This document shows positions 53,373-53,459 of a DNA stretch of 53,459 nucleotides, in pieces. The DNA lies in NCBI GenBank assembly GCA_963575745.1, contig CAUYUJ010000316.1:62001-115459 (forward strand), given 5' to 3'. The notes beneath the pieces were generated by a model, which was not told where the DNA came from, did not search any database, and saw nothing but the letters and a program-made list of their open reading frames with translations. This DNA comes from Prorocentrum cordatum. Lineage: Eukaryota. The translations under genes were made by a program, and so were the position numbers. Within the stretch, counting starts at the first letter, position 1; each line of letters starts with the position of its first letter.

Positions 53373-53459
53373 CCCACCAACACTGGTGCTTTTTTCTACC
53401 ACGCAAGCACCTAGAAATTGTTTTGCTGTAGCGAGTGCTGCTGCTACGACGAGTAGTGA

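Overview
Eukaryotic nuclear DNA, GC-rich and dominated by repeats, with a 100-N assembly gap at 3939-4038. GA/GC splice donors, AG|G acceptors, a spliced-leader relic and same-strand genes point to a dinoflagellate (a Prorocentrum-like genome is my inference). Almost all long ORFs in the track are artefacts of trinucleotide microsatellites. I reconstructed two intron-split minus-strand genes by hand. (1) The 3' five exons (~503 aa) of a CSC1/OSCA/TMEM63-like membrane channel at 49378->36236. (2) A partial P-loop/AAA-like gene at 32344->6643, whose Walker-A-like motif only forms across a GA-AG intron and which resembles, from memory, an RNF213 AAA module. The rest is a dense, nested set of non-autonomous TIR elements (TA, TTA and 8-bp target duplications), foldback palindromes and minisatellites. 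The most unusual signal is a TIR-less element family sitting between (AAC)n/(GTT)n tracts. Its two copies (23146-24881 and, reversed, 29281-30406) share both termini but carry different cargo, and one copy visibly splits an older MITE. No rRNA, tRNA, CRISPR array or transposase ORF was recognised. No database searches were run, so all homology calls need checking.
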